Assembly (NCBI GenBank): GCA_018658265.1
Contig: JABHVN010000002.1
Coordinates: 1 to 62,737, forward strand
From: Candidatus Woesearchaeota archaeon
GTDB lineage: Archaea; Nanobdellota; Nanobdellia; SCGC-AAA011-G17; UBA489
Direction of reading: 5' to 3'
Length of the DNA stretch: 62,737 bases
Within the stretch, counting starts at the first letter, position 1. The number at the start of each line of letters is the position of its first letter. The position numbers were made by a program, and so were the translations under genes. The notes under the pieces were generated by a model that saw only the letters and a program-made list of their open reading frames with translations, did not search any database and had not been told where the DNA came from. This document shows positions 36,413-44,969 of this stretch, one piece after another.

Positions 36413-37493
36413 CAAGAACTCTTTCTTTAGCAATATCCATACCGTATTTACGTGGAGAAATACCTTTCTCTTTAGCCCCATCAAGAACTAATTTAGTATT
36501 AACAATTATTTTTTCTTCAACCATCTTCCACATATCTTCTACAGAACCTTTAGTATACTCTACATAGCTACTAATAACTCCTCCAGAATTTGCAACAAAA
36601 TCAGGAACAATTAATACTCCTTTTTTATGGAATGATTCTTCGACCTCATGAATCATAGGAATATTACTCCCTTCAACAATTAACTTATATTTCATTTCAT
36701 CAACATCCCCAGCATTAATTAAGTCTGGAACTGCTGCAGTAATTAAAATATCTGCATTAACTGTTTTGATGTCATGACCAGGTAAAACTTTTCCACCTTC
36801 GTATTCAGTAACAGTTTTTTTATCTTTCTTAGCACTAGCTAGTTTTTCAAAGTCTAATCCATTTTCATCAAAGATAACTCCTCTTGAATCAGAAGCAGCA
36901 ACTAACTTAGCGCCAGCTTCGGTCATAAACTTGGATACAAACCATCCAACGTTTCCAAAGCCTTCAACAGCAAAAGTAACATCTTTCAAATCCATTCCTA
37001 AATGTTCAACTGCAACCTTAGTTGCATGGAATACTCCAAAACCAGTACTACCTAACTCATGAGGTATTCCTCCCATATCTGCAGGTTTTCCTGTACAAGA
37101 TTTCATATCTCCAATAGTTTCAGCAAATATTCTCATCTCAGGTTCAGCCATATTCATATCGGGAGCAGAAACATAATGTTCCGGACAGATAACTTTCAAA
37201 CCTTCCGCAAAAGCCTTAACGAATTCAGCTTTTTCTTCTGGACTCATATCTTTATCATTTCCAATAATTCCGCCTTTTCCCCCACCAAATGGCAAATCTG
37301 CCAAAGCATTCTTCCAAGTCATTGCTCTAGCCAATCTAGAAACTTCATGAGCTGTAACTGTTGGAGTCATTCTAACTCCACCTTTAGCAGGACCTAAGGC
37401 AGTACTATCAATTACTACAAATCCTCTCATCCCAGATTTAGGATGGTAAACTTCCAGAACTTTTTCTGGACCATAACTATCATATTCAATCAT
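36387..37493 (-). CDS. Glu/Leu/Phe/Val-family amino-acid dehydrogenase (short form)
   Basis: GPAKGGVRM, LPFGGGKGGI (catalytic Lys), Rossmann VEGFGNVG; 368 aa. Confidence 0.88.
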   Translation of the reverse strand: MIEYDSYGPEKVLEVYHPKSGMRGFVVIDSTALGPAKGGVRMTPTVTAHEVSRLARAMTWKNALADLPFGGGKGGIIGNDKDMSPEEKAEFVKAFAEGLKVICPEHYVSAPDMNMAEPEMRIFAETIGDMKSCTGKPADMGGIPHELGSTGFGVFHATKVAVEHLGMDLKDVTFAVEGFGNVGWFVSKFMTEAGAKLVAASDSRGVIFDENGLDFEKLASAKKDKKTVTEYEGGKVLPGHDIKTVNADILITAAVPDLINAGDVDEMKYKLIVEGSNIPMIHEVEESFHKKGVLIVPDFVANSGGVISSYVEYTKGSVEDMWKMVEEKIIVNTKLVLDGAKEKGISPRKYGMDIAKERVLAKCDVCKV

Positions 37494-38392
37494 TTTTTTA
37501 ACCTCGTAATATAATTGTAAACACCTTGTGCTGCAATACTTCCTTCTGATGCAGATGTAATAAACTGTTTAAGTTTAGTTGAATCTGTTATATCTCCTGC
37601 TGCAAAGAAACCTTCAACATTAGTTGCACCTTCTTTGTTAACTTCTATGAATCCATGTGAATCCAATTTAACTCCCACATTAACTGCAAGTTCATTCAAG
37701 GGAATATGCCCAATCTCAATAAACAAACCATCAAGTTCTAATTCATTGCCATTATCTAACTTAACTTTAGTCATCATCTTATCGCCAAGTACTTCAACAA
37801 CATTAGCATTATGAATAACTTCAGTTTTGTCATCAGCATAAACCTGTTCAGAATTAAATGGTTCTGCTCTTAATTTATCTCCCCTATAAACAACATATAC
37901 TTTCTTAGCATAGTCTTTCATGAATATTGCTCCTAATGCTGCAGAATCGCTTCCACCAACAACAGCAACAGTACTATCTTTATACAAAGGACCATCACAA
38001 GTATAACAATAATGAACACCCTTTCCTGAAAATTCTTTTTCACCAGGAATTCCTAATTCCCTATGTTTCATCCCCATTGCAAAAATAACGGATCTTCCTT
38101 GATAACTTTCCTTTTCACAAATTACTTCAAAGCCACCTTCAATTTTTTTTATCTCTTTAACAGTATCCGTAATTAGGGGAACTTTGTACTCTTTAACATG
38201 TGCAATAAATTTATCCATTAATGCCATTCCACCTATTCCAGGTTCTCCAATCCAATTATCAACCTTATGGGCAATATTTCCAGTCCCGCCCATCTCTTTT
38301 GCAATACAAATAGTATCCAAACTAAATCTTGCAGAGTACAATGCTGCACCTAATCCAGCTGCTCCGCCTCCAAGAATAATAACATCTTTCAT
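37490..38392 (-). CDS. trxB: Thioredoxin-disulfide reductase
   Basis: FAD motif IILGGGAAGLGAA, redox-active CYTCDG, NADPH motif VVGGSDSA, GDIT. Confidence 0.9.
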   Translation of the reverse strand: MKDVIILGGGAAGLGAALYSARFSLDTICIAKEMGGTGNIAHKVDNWIGEPGIGGMALMDKFIAHVKEYKVPLITDTVKEIKKIEGGFEVICEKESYQGRSVIFAMGMKHRELGIPGEKEFSGKGVHYCYTCDGPLYKDSTVAVVGGSDSAALGAIFMKDYAKKVYVVYRGDKLRAEPFNSEQVYADDKTEVIHNANVVEVLGDKMMTKVKLDNGNELELDGLFIEIGHIPLNELAVNVGVKLDSHGFIEVNKEGATNVEGFFAAGDITDSTKLKQFITSASEGSIAAQGVYNYITRLKK

Positions 38393-38479
38393 ATATTTTC
38401 AAAATCCAAATATCTATTTAAGGATTATGTTGATGTGAATTAATAAAATGCATTAGAAGAAGATAAAACTAGTTTTAAT

Positions 38480-38809
38480 CTATTTTGCATAAATCGGATC
38501 TACAAAACTCTTTTTGAAAAATCTTAAGAAAATTCCAAATCCAACAAATACTAAGATAAATGCTACATGATCTAGAACTATATGACTCATTGCTCCTTCA
38601 GGAGGCAGTATTGTATAAATTCCTAATACTTCAATTGCTTCCAACAAGTGATATATTGCTGCAGGAACCATACTAAAGAATAACCATCTCAATGCACTAA
38701 GAAGTCCATCTTTATGGCCATTGTAAATTTTAAATGAATAGTATAAGGGAAATAATATTGCTAAAAAAGTAATTCCATGTACGATTGCTTCTAAAATTGT
38801 ATCTTCCAT
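38480..38809 (-). CDS. Small 3-TM membrane protein
   Basis: Three hydrophobic helices; no recognised family. Confidence 0.5.
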   Translation of the reverse strand: MEDTILEAIVHGITFLAILFPLYYSFKIYNGHKDGLLSALRWLFFSMVPAAIYHLLEAIEVLGIYTILPPEGAMSHIVLDHVAFILVFVGFGIFLRFFKKSFVDPIYAK

Positions 38810-38856
38810 TCACCTCAACTCCATATTAAAGAAATTTATTCAATATTTAAACTTAT

Positions 38857-39519
38857 TTATTCTTCAACAACTCTTTTTTCATGATGTTTCTCTTCAGAAC
38901 CATAGTAAGGTTCATTTTTATCAAAACCTTCATCCGTTTTCTCTTGACTTCCACCATTAGAAGGATAATACTCTTTTGTTTCTGTAACTATTTCTTCTTC
39001 TCTTTCAGGACCATTCAAAATTTCAGCAATCTTCTTACCAAATTCATTAGAAGCTTGAGGACCATCAGCAGTAACGATTTGTCCATCTACAACAACATGA
39101 CTATCTGAAGTAATTGCTCCAGCTTCATCCAAAGTACTTAGCTCAGACTCAAAAGAAGTTGCATCTTTTCCAGCTAAAACTCCTGCCCTTGCTAAAATTC
39201 CAGGAGCAATACAAATTGCACCCAATAATTTACCTTGTTCAATAGTTTGATAACACATCTCTAATACTTTTTCATTCTCAAAATACACACTTGCACCCGC
39301 ACCACCTACAAAGACAAGAGCATCATAATCTGCAACATCAGCTTCGTCAATTAACACATCTGTAACAACCTGCTTACCTTCAACAGAAGTAGCTGTATCT
39401 TGTAAACTAGAAACTAAAACTTTATGACCTGCTTTTTCAAGCTCTTCTCTAACCAAAAAGTATTCCTCATCTTTGAAATCTTGAGGTGCAATAACGATTA
39501 AAATGTCTGCCATTAGCAA
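38857..39519 (-). CDS. DJ-1/PfpI family protein with an acidic ~50-aa C-terminal extension
   Basis: LVFVGGAGA and nucleophile elbow AICIAPGILA; start may be the Met at 39513. Confidence 0.85.
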   Translation of the reverse strand: MLMADILIVIAPQDFKDEEYFLVREELEKAGHKVLVSSLQDTATSVEGKQVVTDVLIDEADVADYDALVFVGGAGASVYFENEKVLEMCYQTIEQGKLLGAICIAPGILARAGVLAGKDATSFESELSTLDEAGAITSDSHVVVDGQIVTADGPQASNEFGKKIAEILNGPEREEEIVTETKEYYPSNGGSQEKTDEGFDKNEPYYGSEEKHHEKRVVEE

Positions 39520-39566
39520 TCAATGCTAAAAACAGTCTTTTTAATATTTTTGTTTATAAAGAAATA

Positions 39567-39812
39567 CTAATTCTTTCTTTTTTGGATTCTAAGAGAGCCA
39601 CCGCGCTTGTAAGGACTTCCCCCACCGCCTTTTGCAACCCTTTCATTGGGATCTGCTTCATATTCTAGACTTTCATCAAATCCACATTCCATACAAACAA
39701 CATAACTAAAAAAATCATCCCCTTCTACTTCCACATGGGAACTTTTACACCTAGGACACTTTTTATTATCTTTAGAACAAACTTTTCCTTCAGTCATAAG
39801 ACATCTTTCCAA
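39567..39812 (-). CDS. Zinc-ribbon protein with a Gly/basic tail
   Basis: CPRC..x19..CMEC ribbon and C-terminal GGGGSPYKRGGSLRIQKRKN; 23-nt overlap with the upstream gene. Confidence 0.55.
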   Translation of the reverse strand: MERCLMTEGKVCSKDNKKCPRCKSSHVEVEGDDFFSYVVCMECGFDESLEYEADPNERVAKGGGGSPYKRGGSLRIQKRKN

Positions 39813-40236
39813 TTTTCTCAGATAAAACGGAAGCTTCTTTTCCAGAAAGAATTTTTCTTTCGAAGTTAGAATCTAGATTGACATCTGCACCACAAGCACA
39901 CTCAATAGATAATGATTGGTTTACCTTAACCTCAAACTTAGAAGCTATTGAAAAATTATCGGATTTAAGAATTTCAGATTTCTTCATAAAAATTTCACGA
40001 TTCCCATTAAGCATTAGTTGAGATTTTGCTTCTAAACCACTTCTCCAAAGTTTATCATCTAATAATTTGTTTTTCACATCATTTACAACAATTTTATTTC
40101 CATCAATACTCAAAAAATTAACTTGAGCATTATCACAATTAGAAATATGATTCTTCCAGTTAGTACTTAAATTCATTGCATCAGATAATGCAGTTCCATG
40201 TGTAAATTCTTGTTTAATAGTCATTTTAATCTTCAT
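39790..40236 (-). CDS. Hypothetical protein
   Basis: 148-aa ORF overlapping both neighbours on the same strand; no recognised motifs. Confidence 0.5.
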   Translation of the reverse strand: MKIKMTIKQEFTHGTALSDAMNLSTNWKNHISNCDNAQVNFLSIDGNKIVVNDVKNKLLDDKLWRSGLEAKSQLMLNGNREIFMKKSEILKSDNFSIASKFEVKVNQSLSIECACGADVNLDSNFERKILSGKEASVLSEKIGKMSYD

Positions 40237-40414
40237 GATAGAATGGACTTAAAGTATCGTCCACTTCATATCCCTCATAATAATCTAAAAGCATATTAAA
40301 TGCATCATCAAAAGCAACATCTTCAATAGACTTAGCAGTATTAATTACTTCACTATCCTCATTGTTTTTTATTGCCATTTTCAACAATTCTTCGTTAAGA
40401 TCTGCATCTTTCAT
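40226..40414 (-). CDS. Small highly acidic hypothetical protein
   Basis: 62 aa, D/E-rich; 11-nt overlap with the downstream gene. Confidence 0.45.
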   Translation of the reverse strand: MKDADLNEELLKMAIKNNEDSEVINTAKSIEDVAFDDAFNMLLDYYEGYEVDDTLSPFYHED

Positions 40415-40450
40415 ATATACTCAAAAGGTATTGTTCTATTAAAAGGTTTA

Positions 40451-40711
40451 CTAGACGATTTTATTACCTTCTTCATCATAAATATGTATTACATTCACTG
40501 GACATGCCTCAGCAGACTCTAAAACTCTCTCCAGCTCCTCTTCAGTGAACTCATATTCAAAAACGCCAGGTTTAGTTTCCACGCCACCAAGTAAATTTGC
40601 TTTCCCATCCATATCAGAAATTTTCCATCTTTCTTCCAATAATGCTGCACATGCACCTGCACCAATACAAGCATTTCTTTCATAAACTACTTTAAATTTT
40701 GCCATTATCAT
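40451..40711 (-). CDS. Single-cluster ferredoxin-like protein (three-Cys variant)
   Basis: CIGAGAC...CPVNVIHI; paralog of 41553..41795 but the middle Cys of CxxCxxC is Ala. Confidence 0.75.
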   Translation of the reverse strand: MIMAKFKVVYERNACIGAGACAALLEERWKISDMDGKANLLGGVETKPGVFEYEFTEEELERVLESAEACPVNVIHIYDEEGNKIV

Positions 40712-40739
40712 TAAAACTAAAAAGACAATATAAGGATAT

Positions 40740-41504
40740 CTAAACTAAATAAGATACAATTCCACTTAATAGATGTCCTGCATAATAAGCCACTGTTGTT
40801 GCCAATGCACCAATCAATACCATTTCGACACCACTCTTAACCCAATTTCTTCCAGTAAAATGTGTTTTGGCAGCACCTGCTAAAAATAAAATTCCTAATG
40901 AAGAAAAAATTGCAAATTTTAATGCAATGTCTAAAGGTAATAAGAAAAAGGAAGACAGAGGAATTAAAGATCCAAAAATAAAAGCAAAAAACATTACTGT
41001 TCCTGCAGTAAATGCATTCTCCATTTTAGAGCTACTTAGTCCCAATTCTTCATTAACTAAAACGTCTAACCAAATACTTTTATTAGATGTTAATTTATTA
41101 ACAACTTTATCCAGTTGCACACCGCTAAACCCCTTGTCCTTGTAAATTTCTCTAACATGACTCTTTTCTAAATTAGGTAATCTTTCCATATCTTCTTTTT
41201 CACGCTTAACTTCTCTTTTGTAAAATTCAATTTGACTTTTGGTACTAATGTAAGTTCCTAATGACATTGAAATTGCACCTGCAATCATTTCAGTAACGCC
41301 TGCAATGAGAACGATATTTTTTGATAAGTAGGCCCCAGTTAAACCTGCAGTCAATGCCAAGACACTAACCAGTCCATCATTCATTCCAAAAATAGCATGC
41401 CTCAAAAACTTTCCAGCAGGAACGTGAAGTTCCCTATGTTCTTCCAAAGTCATATCTTTAGAAGATCTCGAATAAGTTTTAAAAAAATCCATACCTCTTA
41501 CCAT
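40740..41504 (-). CDS. VIT1/CCC1-family Fe/Mn transporter
   Basis: FGMNDGLVSVLALTAG, central metal-binding helical region (EKEDMERLPNLEKSHVREIY), 5 TM. Confidence 0.85.
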   Translation of the reverse strand: MVRGMDFFKTYSRSSKDMTLEEHRELHVPAGKFLRHAIFGMNDGLVSVLALTAGLTGAYLSKNIVLIAGVTEMIAGAISMSLGTYISTKSQIEFYKREVKREKEDMERLPNLEKSHVREIYKDKGFSGVQLDKVVNKLTSNKSIWLDVLVNEELGLSSSKMENAFTAGTVMFFAFIFGSLIPLSSFFLLPLDIALKFAIFSSLGILFLAGAAKTHFTGRNWVKSGVEMVLIGALATTVAYYAGHLLSGIVSYLV

Positions 41505-41552
41505 ATCACACCTTCAAATAAAACAAAGCAACTACCTATTAAAGGATAGCGA

Positions 41553-41795
41553 TTAAATTAACTTTTTATCTTTTTCATATAAATGAATACAATTCACTGG
41601 ACAAGCCTCAGCAGCTTCCATATCACTACCTAACTCTTCAATTTCTAATACTTCGTTAGTACCATCCATTTCGCATCCAACTACATCTGACTTACCGTCT
41701 TCTGTTGACATAACCCAATGTTTAGGATTAATTGCAGCACATACGCCACAACCTATACAAGTGGGCCTATCGTGAATTATCTTAAAATCTGACAT
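41553..41795 (-). CDS. Single [4Fe-4S]-type ferredoxin
   Basis: CIGCGVCAA...CPVNCIHL, 80 aa. Confidence 0.8.
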   Translation of the reverse strand: MSDFKIIHDRPTCIGCGVCAAINPKHWVMSTEDGKSDVVGCEMDGTNEVLEIEELGSDMEAAEACPVNCIHLYEKDKKLI

Positions 41796-41802
41796 AGAAT
41801 TC

Positions 41803-42957
41803 TCATTTCTTAATTTTACTTATAAATTTATCCATACGTCTCAATGCTTCTTCTATTTTATTATACTCTGTAGCATAACTACAACGAATATATCCTTCAC
41901 CAAATCTTCCAAACTCCCTTCCAGGAACAACTCCAACCTTTGCTTTTTTTAGCATATCAAACGCAAACTTAAAACTATCATCTGACAAATGACTAATGTC
42001 TGACAAAGTATAGAATGCACCATTAGGAGTAACTGTATTCAAACCAATTTGATTTAATCCCTTTACAATCATTTTTCTTCTTCGATCATATTCCCTTACC
42101 ATCTTATCCAAATAAGATTTTTTTAATTTCAATGCGTCCACAGCCACTTTCTGAGATAATGTCGGAGCGCAAGAAGTAGTATAAACATGAGTCTTATTCA
42201 TAGCCTCAATTAAAGGAGTTGGACCTACAGCATAACCGACCCTATATCCGCACATAGCATAAGTTTTACTGAAGGTATGCATAGTCACAACATTTTTACT
42301 CATACCATTAAATGAACCCATGCTGTGATGCTTTTTACCATAAACTAATTTTTCATAAGCTTCATCACTAAACACATAAAGATCATTATCCACTGCTATG
42401 TCTGCAACCTCTTCCAATATTTTCTTAGGTAAAACATTTCCAGTCGGATTTCCAGGAGAGTTAATCAGAATTGCTTTTGTTTTTTTATTAATTAATTTCT
42501 TCAGTTCATCAGGATTAACATGCCACCCATCTTCTGCTTTCAATTCTAATGCTACAGGAAATGCATTAAACAATTCAAACATAGGCAAATAACCTAAATA
42601 ACTAGGATTAGGAATAATTACTTGTTCGCTTACATCCAATGTACAGGCAGTGGCCAATAATAATGCCTCTTGACTTCCATTTGTTACAATTACATTATCC
42701 GGATGAGCATCAATATTATTTTCTTTTTTTAATTTCTTAACTAATGCTTCTCTAAGCTCAACTATTCCGCCAGGAGGACTATAATGATTACTTGTTGCTG
42801 CATGCTTCTTTACAGATGCAACTAAGGGTGCTGCCAAATCAAAATCAGGTTCACCAGGACCTAAAGAAACTACATTCTTATCTTCTACAGCAGCCTTCAT
42901 TAGTTTACCAATTACTGCGTTGGGCAAATCAAACTCTCTTTCAGATATATGTGTCAA
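41803..42957 (-). CDS. Class I/II PLP aminotransferase (aspartate aminotransferase-like)
   Basis: GPGEPDF, NSPGNPTG, PLP-lysine motif FSKTYAMCGYRVGY, C-terminal R in GYIRCSY. Confidence 0.9.
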   Translation of the reverse strand: MTHISEREFDLPNAVIGKLMKAAVEDKNVVSLGPGEPDFDLAAPLVASVKKHAATSNHYSPPGGIVELREALVKKLKKENNIDAHPDNVIVTNGSQEALLLATACTLDVSEQVIIPNPSYLGYLPMFELFNAFPVALELKAEDGWHVNPDELKKLINKKTKAILINSPGNPTGNVLPKKILEEVADIAVDNDLYVFSDEAYEKLVYGKKHHSMGSFNGMSKNVVTMHTFSKTYAMCGYRVGYAVGPTPLIEAMNKTHVYTTSCAPTLSQKVAVDALKLKKSYLDKMVREYDRRRKMIVKGLNQIGLNTVTPNGAFYTLSDISHLSDDSFKFAFDMLKKAKVGVVPGREFGRFGEGYIRCSYATEYNKIEEALRRMDKFISKIKK

Positions 42958-43189
42958 ATGCTAACCTCTCAATCTTAATAAACAAATTAAACTTATATAA
43001 ATTCTTGCTTAAATAATAAAAGTTTATTACCACTTTACAATTAAAAATTCTCTAGTGCAGATAACTATAAATATAAGTTTCACTTTCAATATCTTCCGAG
43101 AGAAAAAACAAAAAGAGAAGTGATTTTTTACATCCTTCTAGGCAAAAGCAAACATCTGCAACGCCAAAAACATCATAGTCATGGACGCA

Positions 43190-43235
43190 GGCAGGGGGTT
43201 CCTATCTTTCCCTAACACCTCTTTTTCCCTCTGCC
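43190..43235. other. GC-rich hairpin in an unusually long intergenic region (candidate structured RNA or regulatory element; strand unknown)
   Basis: GGCAGGGGG (43190..43198) pairs with CCCTCTGCC (43227..43235): 9 bp including one G:U, 28-nt loop. Local GC is far above the surrounding AT-rich spacer. Confidence 0.2.
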
Positions 43236-43315
43236 TCCTCCAAGACAAACACCAAAATTAAATTCTATTTTACATAAAACAAATCTTTAAAAATATACCA
43301 AAGTAACTTTCTGGC

Positions 43316-43612
43316 ATGAGTGAATACACAAAAGAGGAACAAGAACGAAACGCCGATAACGAAAACGTGGGCATCTATTCCAGCAAAGGCCGAGAGGAAT
43401 TAATGGAAAAAGATGACGAAATAACCGACGTTGACGAAGGCTTCATGAAAGGATACAATGAATATGGCAGTGGAACATCACGCTGTAAAAATTGTAAAAC
43501 AATCCTTGAAGGGCATGAAACCATTGAGCACGAGTTCAAAGGCACTAGTTGCAAATTCTGTTCCCAACACTGTTTAACAGAATTTGAAATTGACCAATCA
43601 GAAGAAGAATAA
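43316..43612 (+). CDS. TRASH-like (C-x2-C-x21-C-x3-C) metal-binding domain protein with an acidic N-terminus
   Basis: CKNC...x21...CSQHC matches the TRASH spacing C-X2-C-X19-22-C-X3-C. Confidence 0.55.
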   Translation: MSEYTKEEQERNADNENVGIYSSKGREELMEKDDEITDVDEGFMKGYNEYGSGTSRCKNCKTILEGHETIEHEFKGTSCKFCSQHCLTEFEIDQSEEE

Positions 43613-43657
43613 CTAAATTCTATTCTTTTTCATAGACACTTCTACCCAATTTAAGAA

Positions 43658-44419
43658 CTAAAACATATTGTCAATTATATCTTCTAAAGGATTTTCAATA
43701 GGATGTTCTTCCGTAAAGAAGTCTTGAGATTTAGTCCAAATAGATTCATTTATTTTATATTTATCTTTAAATGTACCTAACCTTCTTAACATCTCAGCAC
43801 TAAACTCACCATTATGCAGAACTAATGTTTCGGCATTATATTCTCCAGTTTTTCTAATTACTTCTTGTACATCTTTCAAATCTTTTAATGACTCTACAGG
43901 TTTTGTAACATCAATATTGTTGTCATAATATCTCCATGCGTTTCTTATTCTTTCAAAAGAAAGTGCACCTTCAGATTTTTCTTGAACTGCTAAAAGGCTA
44001 ATTTTCCCATTAGGCCCATAAAATCCAACTAGTGAAAGTGGACTTGTAACTACACCCGTATCTGCAGCCTGATGCATCCTATGAATGTTTAAATCTGCAA
44101 AATCATCTGCTGAAATTGCTCCAGGTGCATTTGAAGCTTTTTTTCCAATTTCTCCATGAAAATGTAAATCTAAAAAAGTAAATGTTCCATCTAAGATTCC
44201 ATAATTTTCTGAAGAAAGATTAATTCCGCCCTCATCGCCAAATTGAACCCCATTAACAACATAATCCCTGTCCTCAGGATACTGTGCATCTCTTCTAAAA
44301 GTATTTCTTGCAACAGTAAATCCTGTTTCGGCATGTGTTTTCTTGCAACTATCTCTTGCTTCGATTAATCTATCTATAAAATCCTGTTCTCTAAATAATT
44401 GTTGATAAGCATTTTTCAT
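43658..44419 (-). CDS. Hypothetical protein (weak JAB/MPN-like HxH...SxxD pattern)
   Basis: HAETGF ... LDLHFHGE ... ISADD; the spacing is non-canonical, so the family call is tentative. Confidence 0.5.
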   Translation of the reverse strand: MKNAYQQLFREQDFIDRLIEARDSCKKTHAETGFTVARNTFRRDAQYPEDRDYVVNGVQFGDEGGINLSSENYGILDGTFTFLDLHFHGEIGKKASNAPGAISADDFADLNIHRMHQAADTGVVTSPLSLVGFYGPNGKISLLAVQEKSEGALSFERIRNAWRYYDNNIDVTKPVESLKDLKDVQEVIRKTGEYNAETLVLHNGEFSAEMLRRLGTFKDKYKINESIWTKSQDFFTEEHPIENPLEDIIDNMF

Positions 44420-44420
44420 C

Positions 44421-44900
44421 TTAAAACACTACTCCAAATAACACACCTTGAATATCTTCGAATCTTCTTACGCCATCATCAATATTAAAATTATTATCTC
44501 CCTTAGTTACAAAATAAATTCCAAATTCGTCTTTTCCAATTTCAACAACCCTATGAATATAAACTTCATCTCCATAACCAAAAGATATTACGTCACCTAA
44601 ATGAATGTCATTAACATCAGTAGGAATAAATTCTAAACCATTATGGCCTTTGTCAATTAAAGGATTCATAGAATTAGTATCTTCAAACTTAGACCATCTT
44701 AAATCATAATTAGTATCAATAAAAACAGAATTTCCGGTCAAAGAGATTCTACTTTCTTCAACATGATCATAAGAGCTTAATTTTTCCGGAACATTTGATG
44801 CATAACTTTCAGCAAATCCCCCAATAAAAACACCTAAAACTAGTCCAAATAGGATAGCTACAAATAATATACTCTTTCCAAAACTTCTGTGATAATGCAT
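44421..44900 (-). CDS. Signal peptidase I (archaeal/eukaryal Sec11-type, S26B)
   Basis: N-terminal TM, catalytic-Ser box TNSMNPLI, GDVISF, IHRVVEI, TKGDNN. Confidence 0.8.
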   Translation of the reverse strand: MHYHRSFGKSILFVAILFGLVLGVFIGGFAESYASNVPEKLSSYDHVEESRISLTGNSVFIDTNYDLRWSKFEDTNSMNPLIDKGHNGLEFIPTDVNDIHLGDVISFGYGDEVYIHRVVEIGKDEFGIYFVTKGDNNFNIDDGVRRFEDIQGVLFGVVF

Positions 44901-44969
44901 TTTTCCACAAAAGTAGACTACAAAAATAGCTTAAAAGTCTTTCTATTTGTCACAACTAATAAGTAACAA

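Noticed and set aside
43181-43261. 26-aa ORF (MDAGRGFLSFPNTSFSLCLLQDKHQN) across the GC-rich hairpin
   Set aside because: It is too short, lacks a ribosome-binding site and has an implausible composition. The region is reported as a possible RNA or regulatory element instead.
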